NCBI GenBank assembly: GCA_001662655.1
Contig: KV460250.1
Reading direction: 5' to 3' (one strand)
Length of the DNA: 64,000 nt
From: Pseudogymnoascus verrucosus
Lineage: Eukaryota
Shown here: positions 24,684 to 35,320 of the stretch, one piece after another
Position numbering within the stretch: position 1 is the first letter of the stretch
Layout of the letters: each line of letters begins with the position of its first letter
Notes under the pieces: generated by a model
Seen by the model: the letters and a program-made list of their open reading frames with translations, nothing else
Told to the model about the DNA's origin: nothing
Database searches by the model: none
Position numbers and translations under genes: made by a program

Positions 24684-26669
24684 ATGATGAATCGCATTTT
24701 AGATGCTTCTCAAGGATTTATCCTCGGTTTGGTATATCTCAAAGTGATTGCTATCTCCTGTATAGCTCTGTTTCTTGCCTGCGCAGTCTCCTACCTTCGA
24801 ACCGCCAATAAACCCGAGCTCGGCAGTGTTCCTGGACCACGTCTTGCAAGATGTAGCAACTTATGGAGATTACGAAATTCTGTGTCTGGGCTTGCTCCAC
24901 AGAACTTTCAGAAAGTCCATAAGACTTATGGAAAAGTCGTCCGTACTGGACCAAACCATATCTCCATATCAGATCCCTCTATGATTCCGGTTATATATGG
25001 AATTTCGAGCAAATATTCAAAGGTATGCTTTTTGAACAACTATACGTACTATAACTAACAGGGGCTTTAATAAGTCCGCATTTTATAATACTTTAAGTAG
25101 GTTCATCACACAATTGTTTTACTATAGCTTATTTATCAAGCACCAACTCTTGAGGACAAGCCTCTGTACAGTATCTTCTCTACGCAAGATCCAAAGCACC
25201 ATAGAGCCCTGAGAAGTGGTATAGCACAGAAATACTCGTTATCGTCGCTGCTCCAGCTCGAACCACTCGTGGACGAGGTTACGCAGAGCTTTGCTAAAAA
25301 AATGCGAGCTTTTAGCAACCCACCACTAGACGCTTCGCAACCTTATACAGCCAAAATTGTCGACATTGGAGAGTGGCTACAGTTCTATGCCTTTGACGTG
25401 ATCGGTTCTATCACCTTTAGCAAGACATTTGGCTTCCTAGACGCAGGCTTTGACTACACTAGAGTTATTGAGGGGATAGACTTTGGACTTAAGTACGCCG
25501 GGCTCATTGGGCAAATTCCATCCTTCCATCCATGGCTGTTTGGAAGCCCAATGCTGCAGAAGATTATAAGTTATATCCCAGGCGCAGAAAAAAAGGATCC
25601 GATACGAACAGTCTTACAGGTAACGGGTCACTGTCGTGGCGTTGTATTGCGCGGCTGATATTTTACCTAGATGATAAAAGATGCCCTAGCAACCGTCGAC
25701 ACAACTTCAAAAGAAACCTCACATGAGGACTTCCTAACCTTTTTGCAGAAACAGAACGAGAACGGAAGCTCAAAAATGAGCCAGAAAGATATGATGAACC
25801 ACTTGTTTGTTAATCTGTAAGTTTACTTGAGAACGACGATTTACGAACTGCTCTCATTGTGAAACAGCCTTGCAGGGAGCGACACGACTGCCATTTCTCT
25901 CCGATCAATATTCTATTTTTTGATGAAGAATCCGCGCACATTATCCAAATTGCAGGCAGAGATCTTTGCTGCGGATCAAGCTGGAATGTTCTCGGAAACT
26001 ATCACATACGCCGAAGCTCAAAAGCACATCCCTTACCTGTAAGTGCTTCTTGAGACATTACCCTATCGTCCTAAGCCAGTCTAAGATTACCCAGCGCTCT
26101 TGTTATCAAGGAATCACTTAGGCTACACCCTGCTGTGGCTCTTATGTTAGAACGAATCGTGCCCCAAGGCGGGTTAACGCTTCATGGGCATTACTTGCCT
26201 GCTGGCACAATCGTTGGTATCAACGCATGGGTTGTTCATTATGACGAAGATGTTTTTGGAGACCATGTTCATGAATTCCGCCCTGAGAGGTGGGAAGAGA
26301 GTAAGGACCCAGTGAAGATCGAGCAACTAAAGAGGATGGAAAGAAGCTTTTTAGCCGTACGTTAACAGCCATGTCTATGTTCTCAAAAGGATTCACATTA
26401 ATCGTAGTATATAGTTTGGTCACGGGTCGAGAACTTGTATCGGTGAGTCTACTTACCCCTTAATATTTATCTCGACGCATCTATGGACAAAGTCTAACTA
26501 TCCATCCACTACTATAGGGAAAAATATAAGCCTCTTAGAAATGAGTAAGTTTGTGCCGCAAATACTGCGCGAGTTCAGAATGGAGTGGGCGGGAAAGGAA
26601 GAGTGGACTGTTAATTCGACCTGGTTCGCTAAACAATCCGATGTTCTCGTAAGACTGCACTCTATATGA
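24684..26669 (+). CDS. Cytochrome P450 monooxygenase (multi-exon)
   Basis: N-terminal TM segment plus PGP, AGSDTT (I helix), KESLR (ExxR), FRPERW, and heme motif FGHGSRTCIG. Several short exons. Confidence 0.93.
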
Positions 26670-26707
26670 CACCCTAAGCACATTGTCACGATTACTGGGT
26701 GCTCTTG

Positions 26708-26753
26708 TAGTAGTTAGGTGGGTGACCACTAGCAAATACTCAATGTTGTATGT
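26708..26753 (+). pseudogene. 5'-truncated 5S rRNA pseudogene (3' 46 nt only)
   Basis: Matches 23272-23317 with 5 substitutions, four of them C>T or G>A. Confidence 0.85.
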
Positions 26754-27157
26754 TTTGTTATTTTGTTGCTCTTTTGGGCTAGCAACGTGACGATGGAGCA
26801 AGGGTCTCTTTGGCCAGCTTGTAGTAACTATATTGTCGACGTTACTCGCATAGACGAACGTGAAGTGAGCCAAGCCAGAGCCCTCGCCGAGACGGTATCT
26901 ATTTTCGGCGTCACCCCTATCCTATAATTCCGCGGATCCATCCTAACCATGCGGTGCTTTGAGGGCATTTACGGTGTTACTGTGGGGCTTCGCCGAATGA
27001 TTTTCTTGCCATTAGTCAGATATCTGGTCATCGTGCTCGAAAATCTCGAAAATCGGAAGGGATATAAACGCTTGAATGAAAATCGCTGGCCTCGTGACCG
27101 GTGGCGCGGCGGCAGTGCTGGGCGGCCGGAGGGCGGGAGTAAGTTGGGTCCGTCGCT

Positions 27158-27395
27158 CCGGTTATTCCCGTCACTGTTATACCGCTCGTTTGGGAGACAG
27201 ATAGGGGCTTAGACGGTCGGTTTTTTATTGTGGGATGGGGGTGTTTGGTATCATGATATAAGGCAGAGAGTATTATTTAATTATTTGAGGAGATATATCG
27301 TTTTTTTCTATTGTTGAGACTTGATCGTAGATATTTAATTATACGAAAGTTCATGGCCGCAAACGACCACGCTCAGGTAAGCCGGAGTAACTCGG
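27158..27395. promoter_or_regulatory. Two CGG-N7-CGG alternative-oxidase induction motifs (AIM)
   Basis: CGGAGTAACTCGG at 27383-27395 (+) and CCGGTTATTCCCG at 27158-27170 (-), upstream of AOX. Confidence 0.65.
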
Positions 27396-27846
27396 GATCA
27401 ATCGACCCTCAATCCTGAAACTTCCTCCCCAAGCCACTGACGAACGCAACGTCCCATACAAATGTCCAATTATTGATTCGGCGTCTGCTATTCCCGTAGA
27501 AAATAGCAATATTTTATTTGGTGAATCTGACTCAGAGGTAGTGCACTGCCAATGCAATTGCTTTCTTTACGAGTACCTTCCCGTACTATTCCCATTTCCT
27601 TACTATTCCCGTTCCAACATTCCTTCCCTGTCCCAATCGCGTCAGTTTGGACTCAGCCCTGCCGCTGTCAATATTTGATATATAAGACTCAGATCTCAGC
27701 TGTCTGAAGCCTCATGTAGGTTCTATATCGCCACCATTCTTCAAGTCATTACACCTTTACACTCCACTCTACACATTACAAGTTCAACTTGTTCACGTCA
27801 CTACTATACTGGTAGTTGATACTACTACTCCAAACACACATACGTC

Positions 27847-29067
27847 ATGTCAACAAACATGATCGCGGCACGAGCGCCCATGCTCACAGCACACGGGGCT
27901 ATGCTCCCCAGGATGTCCATGGCAACATCAAGACTCTGCCTCACGCCAATCTACAACACCAACGGGCGCACTCCCCAGCAGTCCCGCCACCTGAGTCTCG
28001 CAGCAAGGCCAGCCAGGCCAGTCCCGCACCACGCCGCCCGCCCAAGCCTCCAGCAACAACCCCTCTCAAAAAGGCAATTCAGCACCACTACCCCGCCACA
28101 GCTCGAGGAGAAATACTTCCCAGAGCCAAAACACCACCTCATCCGCACTACGCACCCAGCATGGGAGCACCCAGGGTATGCCCTCCAAACCCCCCCGTCC
28201 ACGTGACGACTCACTGACCCCCCTCCCAGATTCACAGAGGAGCAGATGAGGACCAACATCCGCTTCGAGCACCGCATTCCCGAGGACATGTCGGACCGCT
28301 TCGCGCTCTTCCTCATGCGCATGTTGCGCAAAGGCACCGATATCGCCACGGGATACTCCCACGACGTCACCGTCGCCGCTACAGCCTCCGACCCCACGGC
28401 GCTGGAGTCCACAAAGCCCTACAAGATGTCGGAGCGCAAATGGCTGATCCGCTTCATCTTCCTCGAGTCCGTGGCGGGCGTTCCCGGGATGGTGGCGGGG
28501 ATGCTGAGACATTTGAGGAGCTTGAGGAGGATGCAGAGGGATAACGGATGGATTGAGACGTTGCTTGAGGAGGCGTACAATGAGCGCATGCACCTCTTGA
28601 CGTTCTTGAAGATGGCGGAGCCGGGGTGGTTTATGAAGTTGATGTGTCTTGGTGCCCAGGGCGTTTTCTTCAACTCCATGTTCCTGGCGTACCTTATCAG
28701 TCCCCGCACCGCGCACAGATTTGTTGGGTACCTCGAGGAAGAGGCGGTACTGACGTACTCGCTTGTGCTTGCCGACTTGGAGGCGGGGAAACTGCCAAAG
28801 TGGGAGGGCATGCAGGCGCCTGATATTGCGATTGAGTACTGGAAGATGCCGGAGGGAAAGCGAACGGTGAAGGATCTCATCTTGTATGTGCGCGCCGACG
28901 AGGCGAAGCATAGGGAGGTGAATCATACGCTGGGAAATCTGAAGCAGGAGGAGGATCCGAATCCATTTGTGAGCACCTACTTTGATGCGGGGAAGCCACA
29001 TCCAGGCAAGGGAATTAAGAAGGGAGAATATAAGGGGACGGGGTGGGAGAGGGATGAGGTTATTTGA
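27847..29067 (+). CDS. aox: Mitochondrial alternative oxidase (intron 28176-28229)
   Basis: Basic presequence; di-iron motifs [33 protein letters not shown]. Confidence 0.97.
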
Positions 29068-29457
29068 GGGGGGTTTCTTCATCGTTTGATGTCTTTTTTA
29101 TTCTTTAAGGGGAGTTATTTGGGCGTTTCGGGACTGTTGGGCGATGGGTAGACGGGGATATTGTCCCCAATTCTCCTCTCTGGGAGTTTACGGGGTGGGA
29201 TTTGATTGTAAGACAGCGTTTGTTTCTAGCTTTACAAAAAGAAAGACTGTGTATCCACACTGCGCCGAAGATGCGTAAAGGGGCTATAGATAGACTATAG
29301 ATGTTTTTAGACGCAAGCCAACCTTCATAATAGAAATTCTCACAATGACCCATCATCCCTAACGTGCCTACTCCTTCCCCACGTAAATATAGAGTCTACA
29401 TATCATACCTGAGTCGCCCTTTCCTCACGGACTATTCAAAGATCGATATTATGTCAA

Positions 29458-30003
29458 TTGAACGGAAGGGCATCGAACTATGATAACCTTCATCCTGCAG
29501 CGCTCGATCGGATGATGGAGGGTATGGCTAAGAAGAGTCAGAAGCTGTGGAGCGTTATTGTGTGTGTGCAGGTTAGCTTGCAGAGCTTGGAAGTTGCCGC
29601 CAAGGGGTATAAGGAGGTAGAGAGTGAGAAAATGGAGAATGCATGATTGATGTGCCAGAGACTGTTGCCGTTGGTTGATGGGTTGTTGGAGGCGTATGAT
29701 GTGATGGCGGGGTTGGTGAATGTTGCGGGGAAGGAGGATCAGGACGGCATCTTGCGTGACTTGAAGGGAGGGCCGGACGAGAGGAGGGAGGTGGTGGCAA
29801 AGTTGATGAATATGTTGTCGTTGTGGAATTGGTCGACTCAATGGGTGACTCAGCTGACGGTGTTGAGGGAGGCGGTGGTGAGTGTGAGGGAGGAGGTGTC
29901 CGATAAGATGATCATTATGACTATGGAGCGGAATACTGTGAATCCGACAGCAGGGGAGGAGGGGGCATACAAGGAGGCAGAGATGATGAATCTGCAGAAC
30001 TGA
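29458..30003 (+). other. Possible hypothetical gene or pseudogene (one frame split by TGA at 29644-29646)
   Basis: Two abutting in-frame ORFs with helical, protein-like composition. No domain recognised. Confidence 0.3.
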
Positions 30004-30597
30004 GGAGGTGCGAGTTTAAGTTCGATACTTTCGGTTGGTTGGCTGTGATAGGCTCCTATTGCACGATTGTCTCGCAAGACACAAGGGCACAGCGATGAAA
30101 CAAAAATAGACATTGATACTATTCTTCAATGATATCTCTTACCCCTTTATCCCCCTTTTTAAAATCGTTGTCAAAGGAAACCGCCATCCCCATCCGGCGC
30201 CCTGTCCCTCCTAACAAAGGCTCAGAACCATCAAAGCCACCCCGTCCGAGTCCGAAAACAGCCCTCGAAGTATTCTGTAAAGAATCTCTTGTCCCTCACT
30301 GACTCGCTCTTTGATCCCAACTTCCTCTCCTTTCATTGCTCTGTCTCGTATCCCCTGCTTTCATACACAATTTTCATTTATTATCCCCTACTTTCATCCG
30401 AGTATCGATTGAAATTCTCCATTCCTTCTCTAGTAATATTCCCCATTTCCTTAACAGAGTTTGATACTCAGTACTCCATAATTCCCAGAACGAGTTTGAT
30501 ACTCGGAAAAGGTTCGAAATTGTCGCTATACACCCACATAATACAACATAATACATCACCAACAACACAACACAATACAGCAACAACACCGCCCAAA

Positions 30598-32346
30598 ATG
30601 GCTCGCCGAATCCAACGCGAACGCGACCCCAGGATAACCCGCATAACCCGCGCCGATGCCCGCGCCAACCCCGCTGTCCAAGCCGCCATAAACACCAGCG
30701 TGCTCGCCGCCCGAGGCCTCGCTGAGCCGCCCACATCCGCAGAAACAGCCGCCATCGAACAAAGCGTCGTGGATGCGCGGAACAATCATCCACCGCCACC
30801 GCCAAGGGAGACGAAGGAGGAGAGGCGTGTAAGGAGAGATAAGGAGAAGGCAGAGGCTGCCAAGAAGAATGCTGAGAGGGCTGTTAAGAAGGCCGCTGAG
30901 GCTGCTGAGGCTGAGGCTGCTGAAGCTGCTAAGGCTATTGAGGCTGTTGAGGCTGTTGAGGCTGCAAAGGCTCTTGAGGCTGTTGAAGCTGCGGAGGCCC
31001 TTGCGGCCATTAAAGCCGCTGAAGCTGAAGCGGCGAAGAATAAAGGTGGCAAAGGTAGCAAAGGTGGCAAAGGTGGCAAAGGTGGCAAAGGTGGTAAGGG
31101 CAAGGATGTGATCAGCGACACCAAGCTCAAAAGGCGGCTGAAGGGCGTAAAGTGGGAAGATCTTAGCGCGGAAGTTAAAGCGGAACTGCGTGCCTTCGTC
31201 GGGGCGGGAGGGAGTGTAGAGGGGTGGGAGAAAAAGCGGGCGGAGAAAGAGGCTTTGGATATACTTACTGAGCAAATTGGATATGAGTCTTCGGAGGAGA
31301 GCGGAGAGGAGGAGAGTGGAGAGGAGGAGGGTGGACAGGAGGAGGGTGGAGAGGAGGAGGGTGAAGAGGAAGAGGGTGGAGAGGAGGGTACCGAGGAGGG
31401 AACCGAGGATACTGACGAAGAGTATGAGGATGCGGAGGGTGGTACTGAGCCGGAGACCGAGAGTGAACCGGAGGTTGAGGGCGAAGAGGAGTATGGCCCC
31501 GATACTATTTCTTGTCCTGGGAGTACGGATATTGAGAGTGGTTTGGAGAGCGACAATGTCGAGGAGGATGGCATCAAATGGCACTGTGTCAACCCGAGGT
31601 CTCCCCCTACGACTGGAAACCAGACAGCCCATATCAACGGCGGCAGCTCAAACACTAAATATTCCAGGTTGGATCCAAATAAGTCGTTCAGGAAGAATGC
31701 GGTAGGGAAGAAGCGCAAGCCCGATGACTCGCCCGAGGAAAAGCCTGCGAAGAAGACCAAGCTCGACGACTATTCTGGCGGCAAAGTGATTACATGCTTT
31801 GGGCCAATAGACTACATTCCCAAACGTCGGGATATAGGCGCAAAGACAGCTGTGCCGAAAGATCCTCCCAAGGCGAAGAAACCTTCCAAGGCGAAGAAAC
31901 CCACCAAGGCGAAGAAACCCTCCGGGACGAAGCGCAAGGGCGGTGAGTTGCCCGAGCCAAACCCCTCGGGGAAGAAGCGCAAGGGCGACGAGTTGCCCGA
32001 GCCAAACCCCTCCGGCAAGAAGCACAAGGGTGACGAATTGCCCGAAGCAAACCCCTGGAAGAGGGGTAAGCGCGAGGAGACCATTATCTGCAGGTTTCCA
32101 GAACTTCCGACAGCAAAGAGTAAACGTGACGAGGGCATCATCTGCGCCTTACCATCAAGCTGGGGTATCGAGCGCCGGGAGCGACGCGCGAAGGAAGCCG
32201 TATTGGCTAACGCGGAGAAGAGCTCGGACAGGAAGCGTAAGAGTGACGAGGCGACTGAAAAGGAGTCGTCGAGGAAGAGAGTGCGTGAGGAGGAGCCGAA
32301 TGGTTCGAAGAAGGGTGCGGGTAAGAAGGTGGGGTGGCTTTGGTGA
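30598..32346 (+). CDS. Low-complexity, repeat-rich charged protein (probably nuclear and disordered)
   Basis: Long open frame with first ATG at 30598. AE-rich, GGK, poly-E, KAKKP and KRKGDELPEPNP repeats. Confidence 0.7.
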   Translation: MARRIQRERDPRITRITRADARANPAVQAAINTSVLAARGLAEPPTSAETAAIEQSVVDARNNHPPPPPRETKEERRVRRDKEKAEAAKKNAERAVKKAAEAAEAEAAEAAKAIEAVEAVEAAKALEAVEAAEALAAIKAAEAEAAKNKGGKGSKGGKGGKGGKGGKGKDVISDTKLKRRLKGVKWEDLSAEVKAELRAFVGAGGSVEGWEKKRAEKEALDILTEQIGYESSEESGEEESGEEEGGQEEGGEEEGEEEEGGEEGTEEGTEDTDEEYEDAEGGTEPETESEPEVEGEEEYGPDTISCPGSTDIESGLESDNVEEDGIKWHCVNPRSPPTTGNQTAHINGGSSNTKYSRLDPNKSFRKNAVGKKRKPDDSPEEKPAKKTKLDDYSGGKVITCFGPIDYIPKRRDIGAKTAVPKDPPKAKKPSKAKKPTKAKKPSGTKRKGGELPEPNPSGKKRKGDELPEPNPSGKKHKGDELPEANPWKRGKREETIICRFPELPTAKSKRDEGIICALPSSWGIERRERRAKEAVLANAEKSSDRKRKSDEATEKESSRKRVREEEPNGSKKGAGKKVGWLW

Positions 32347-32805
32347 GGTGTTTGATGAAAGGTTTGAAGTATGGGTTGTCTGTTTGGCGTTTGATGGGGT
32401 TGATTTGTTGATGTATGATAGATAGTGTTTTGTTTGTTTGTTTTCATAGATTTGTTTACTGCGCTCGAGTTGGTGTTCTTGGGTGTTGGTTATAGTTGTG
32501 TATTTTGCTTTCTGTGTGAATAGCGTTAGTTTAAGGAATCTTCGTTTTTATTTGGCTTACCTGACTCTGCCATTGTGATGTAATATATCGTTATGCTATA
32601 GTAGCAAAGTCTCACAAAGTAAGATCATCAGTATTGTGCGATTGCTTTGCTTCAAAATTGATCTTGTCATTGTAAAGCCCCTGGTATGATTTGAGCATGG
32701 AAGACAAGCGGATGAGCCTCTGCTATCCGCACAGGTATTGAACGCCGTCCCATCAAGAAAATACACAGTATAATACACACACCCACCTCACACTCCTCCA
32801 ACCCA

Positions 32806-34140
32806 TCAGATCGTCGCCCCATCCTCAGGTAAGTCCTCAATAACCCTCTCCACCATCTCCATCAACTGCTCCACATCCGGCCTCTCTCCCGGCTCAACCT
32901 TCAAGCACGCCCTCACCACCTCACGGATCCCATCATTGATCCCCGTATCCTCCTCCTGCCCCGCCTGATTCTTGCCTTTCTTCTGGCCACCAGCTCCCTC
33001 ATCGGGGAAGCGCCAGTCCCCGCTCAACACGCAGATACTCAGACTACCGCCCGTCTCATCAGAGCGCATCTCGAATGGCGACTTGCCCACCAGACACGCG
33101 TACAGCGTGCAGCCTAGCGACCAGATGTCGACCTTGGTGTCGATTGTCGAACCAGTCTTGACGTCGAAGAGCTCAGGCGCACGGTATGGCATTGTTGAGT
33201 GCTCGGCTGCTTGGTCTTGGATGGCGAGGGCTAGAGAGCGAGATGTAACTGGTGTGGGCGAGGGTTGGAGAGATCCAAGATCCATGAGGATGGGCTGTGT
33301 ACCATCGTCGTCGATCATGATATTTCCTGCTGGGCGTTAGACATTGCCACCTTGCTCTCGAATCAAGACTGCTTACCTGGTTTAATATCCCGATGTGCGT
33401 ATGCGCGAGCACCACCGGGCGCAACACCCTCTTGGCTCTGTGTCACCTCATCGTCCATCAATGGCTCGTGCTGCTCGCGATCCGACTCTTCGCCCCTGCC
33501 TCTCCTCCTCCCTCCTCCAGCTGCCTGAGCCGCATCCTCATCTGCCTCTGCCGCTTCAGCGCGTAACCTCTTCGCCTTGCCCGCGCCCTTCCCTCCGACT
33601 TTATACTCATGCATGGCCTTGAGGGCCTTGCACACGCCCAGGAACAGGACCATGAGCTTCTTCTCCGGGAACTTGGCGTGGTTGACCAGGTTGGCATTGA
33701 TGAGGTCTTGCAGGTTGCCGCGCCTGTAGTAGGGTAGCAGGATGTATACTGTCTTCGCGCTTGGGTCGGAGCGGTCGGCTGATATGGAGTGGTCGATGGC
33801 GTGGATGATGTTCTGGTGGGGGGTGAAGAGCGCGTAGGCTTCGACTTCCTTCATTGCTTGCGCGACGGATTCTTGGCCGAAGGGGCAGCGGATCTTTTTC
33901 AGCGCGTAGAGCGCCTCATTCGACGTATCTTGGACGAGGTAGACATAGGAGAAGCCGCCCTATGTTTGCATTAGCTGTGTCCGAATAGGAGGGAGGGGTT
34001 TGGGGAACAAGGGGACGTACCTCTCCAAGCAGCCGGAGGATCTTGAAGCTCCTGCTGTTGATCTTGAGTGTCGGCGACCCGGGAAAGCATGACATGCAAT
34101 TTGTGAGGGTGTAGATGAGGTCGAGGACGTATTGCGCCAT
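32806..34140 (-). CDS. ENV7: NAK-family Ser/Thr kinase, Env7/STK16-like (2 introns)
   Basis: Motifs LGEGGFSYV, ALKKIRC, HRDIKPGN, DLGS, YRAPE, DIWSLG. N-terminal Cys pair (NCMSCF). Confidence 0.9.
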
Positions 34141-35046
34141 GGTGATTGAGCTGTAGAAGCCACGCGTTCAGTACTATGGTGTCGAAGCCGGCGGCGCTCA
34201 AAGAGCAATTGAAAGGCCGCGATGGGTGATTGTCCCGAGCAAAATGTTACGAAACAGGTCGCAAATGCGCTGGAAGAGAGGTCGATGTTATCTTGGGGCG
34301 TTTTCTAATTATAGGTGTTGTAAATCAAAAAGGTTTGGTGGAGGATTGGGATGGATGATCTTCAGAAAGTAATCCTCAGCCTCAACCTTGTCCGCCGCAG
34401 TCGTCAGCGTAACCCACGACGTTCCCGCCATGCACGGCCTAGCCCGACTGGGAGTTCTACAACATTACGGGCAGATGCAGCGGCAGTGCATCAAAGCACA
34501 TTCAGTGAGGTGGGTAGCTAAGAGGGTTAAGAATGATTATCAAAGATTATAATACATTTAAAATGTGAATTTACCTTCCCTCCTAGAGAACCCATGCACT
34601 TCTGTGGGATGCCGTAGATATATATATATACTTTCGAAAGTGTGAACGTTGTCTTTGATTTATACTCGGGGTGGGAAAGAATATGTTGTTGGAACAAAAC
34701 ATGAACGCATTTTGGTTACATGGTCCCAATATTAAGTCCTCATCCTCAAAGATAAATAAAAAATATGATGACAACGATGACTTTCACGCTGTTGTCTAGT
34801 ATAAGATGCTGAAGAAGGTCATCAAGATGGTGAGAAATGAGAAGCCCGCCCAGTAAACTCGAGACACTGTCAGTAAGCGAGTCTACGTGATATGAAGCGG
34901 GAAAAAGGGACTGAAATGCAAAATAGAGACAGATAGGCAAGAGCGAACGACGAACAACAAACGGGTCGCTCTTGCTAATTTATATATCTTCGTAAAGTAG
35001 ATATCCGATAGAAGCTTAAAACTAAACTAAAAAAAATAAAAAGTCC

Positions 35047-35150
35047 AAAAATTGGTAGCTTCTCTTTGATTGAGCGTGTCATCCTTAGTGCAGGGGCCAT
35101 GCTAATCTTCTCTGTATCGTTTCAAAGTTGACCAAAATACCCGTAAAGGC
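35047..35150 (-). ncRNA. U6: U6 spliceosomal snRNA
   Basis: Minus strand reads ...GAAACGATACAGAGAAGATTAGCATGGCCCCTGCACTAAGGATGACACGC... (ACAGAGA box, AGC triad, ISL) and ends in a T run. Confidence 0.95.
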
Positions 35151-35320
35151 AAATTGTAGTGAGTTATTTAGGCAGATAGGGTTATAATGAGTCCCTGGGC
35201 TATGCACCACCATAAACAACATACATTCCTGCGAAACACTTAATAACACTAAGTAAATGTGCACCTCATCTTTCCCAAGTGTATCAATACAATAATCTTT
35301 TCGACCAAGGCTATCTCGAT

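Noticed and set aside
28066..29082. 338-aa antisense ORF over AOX
   Set aside because: Shadow of a GC-biased coding strand; no domain features.
30556..31760. Long antisense ORFs (358 and 324 aa) opposite the repeat protein
   Set aside because: Explained by low-complexity codon repeats lacking stops on the other strand.
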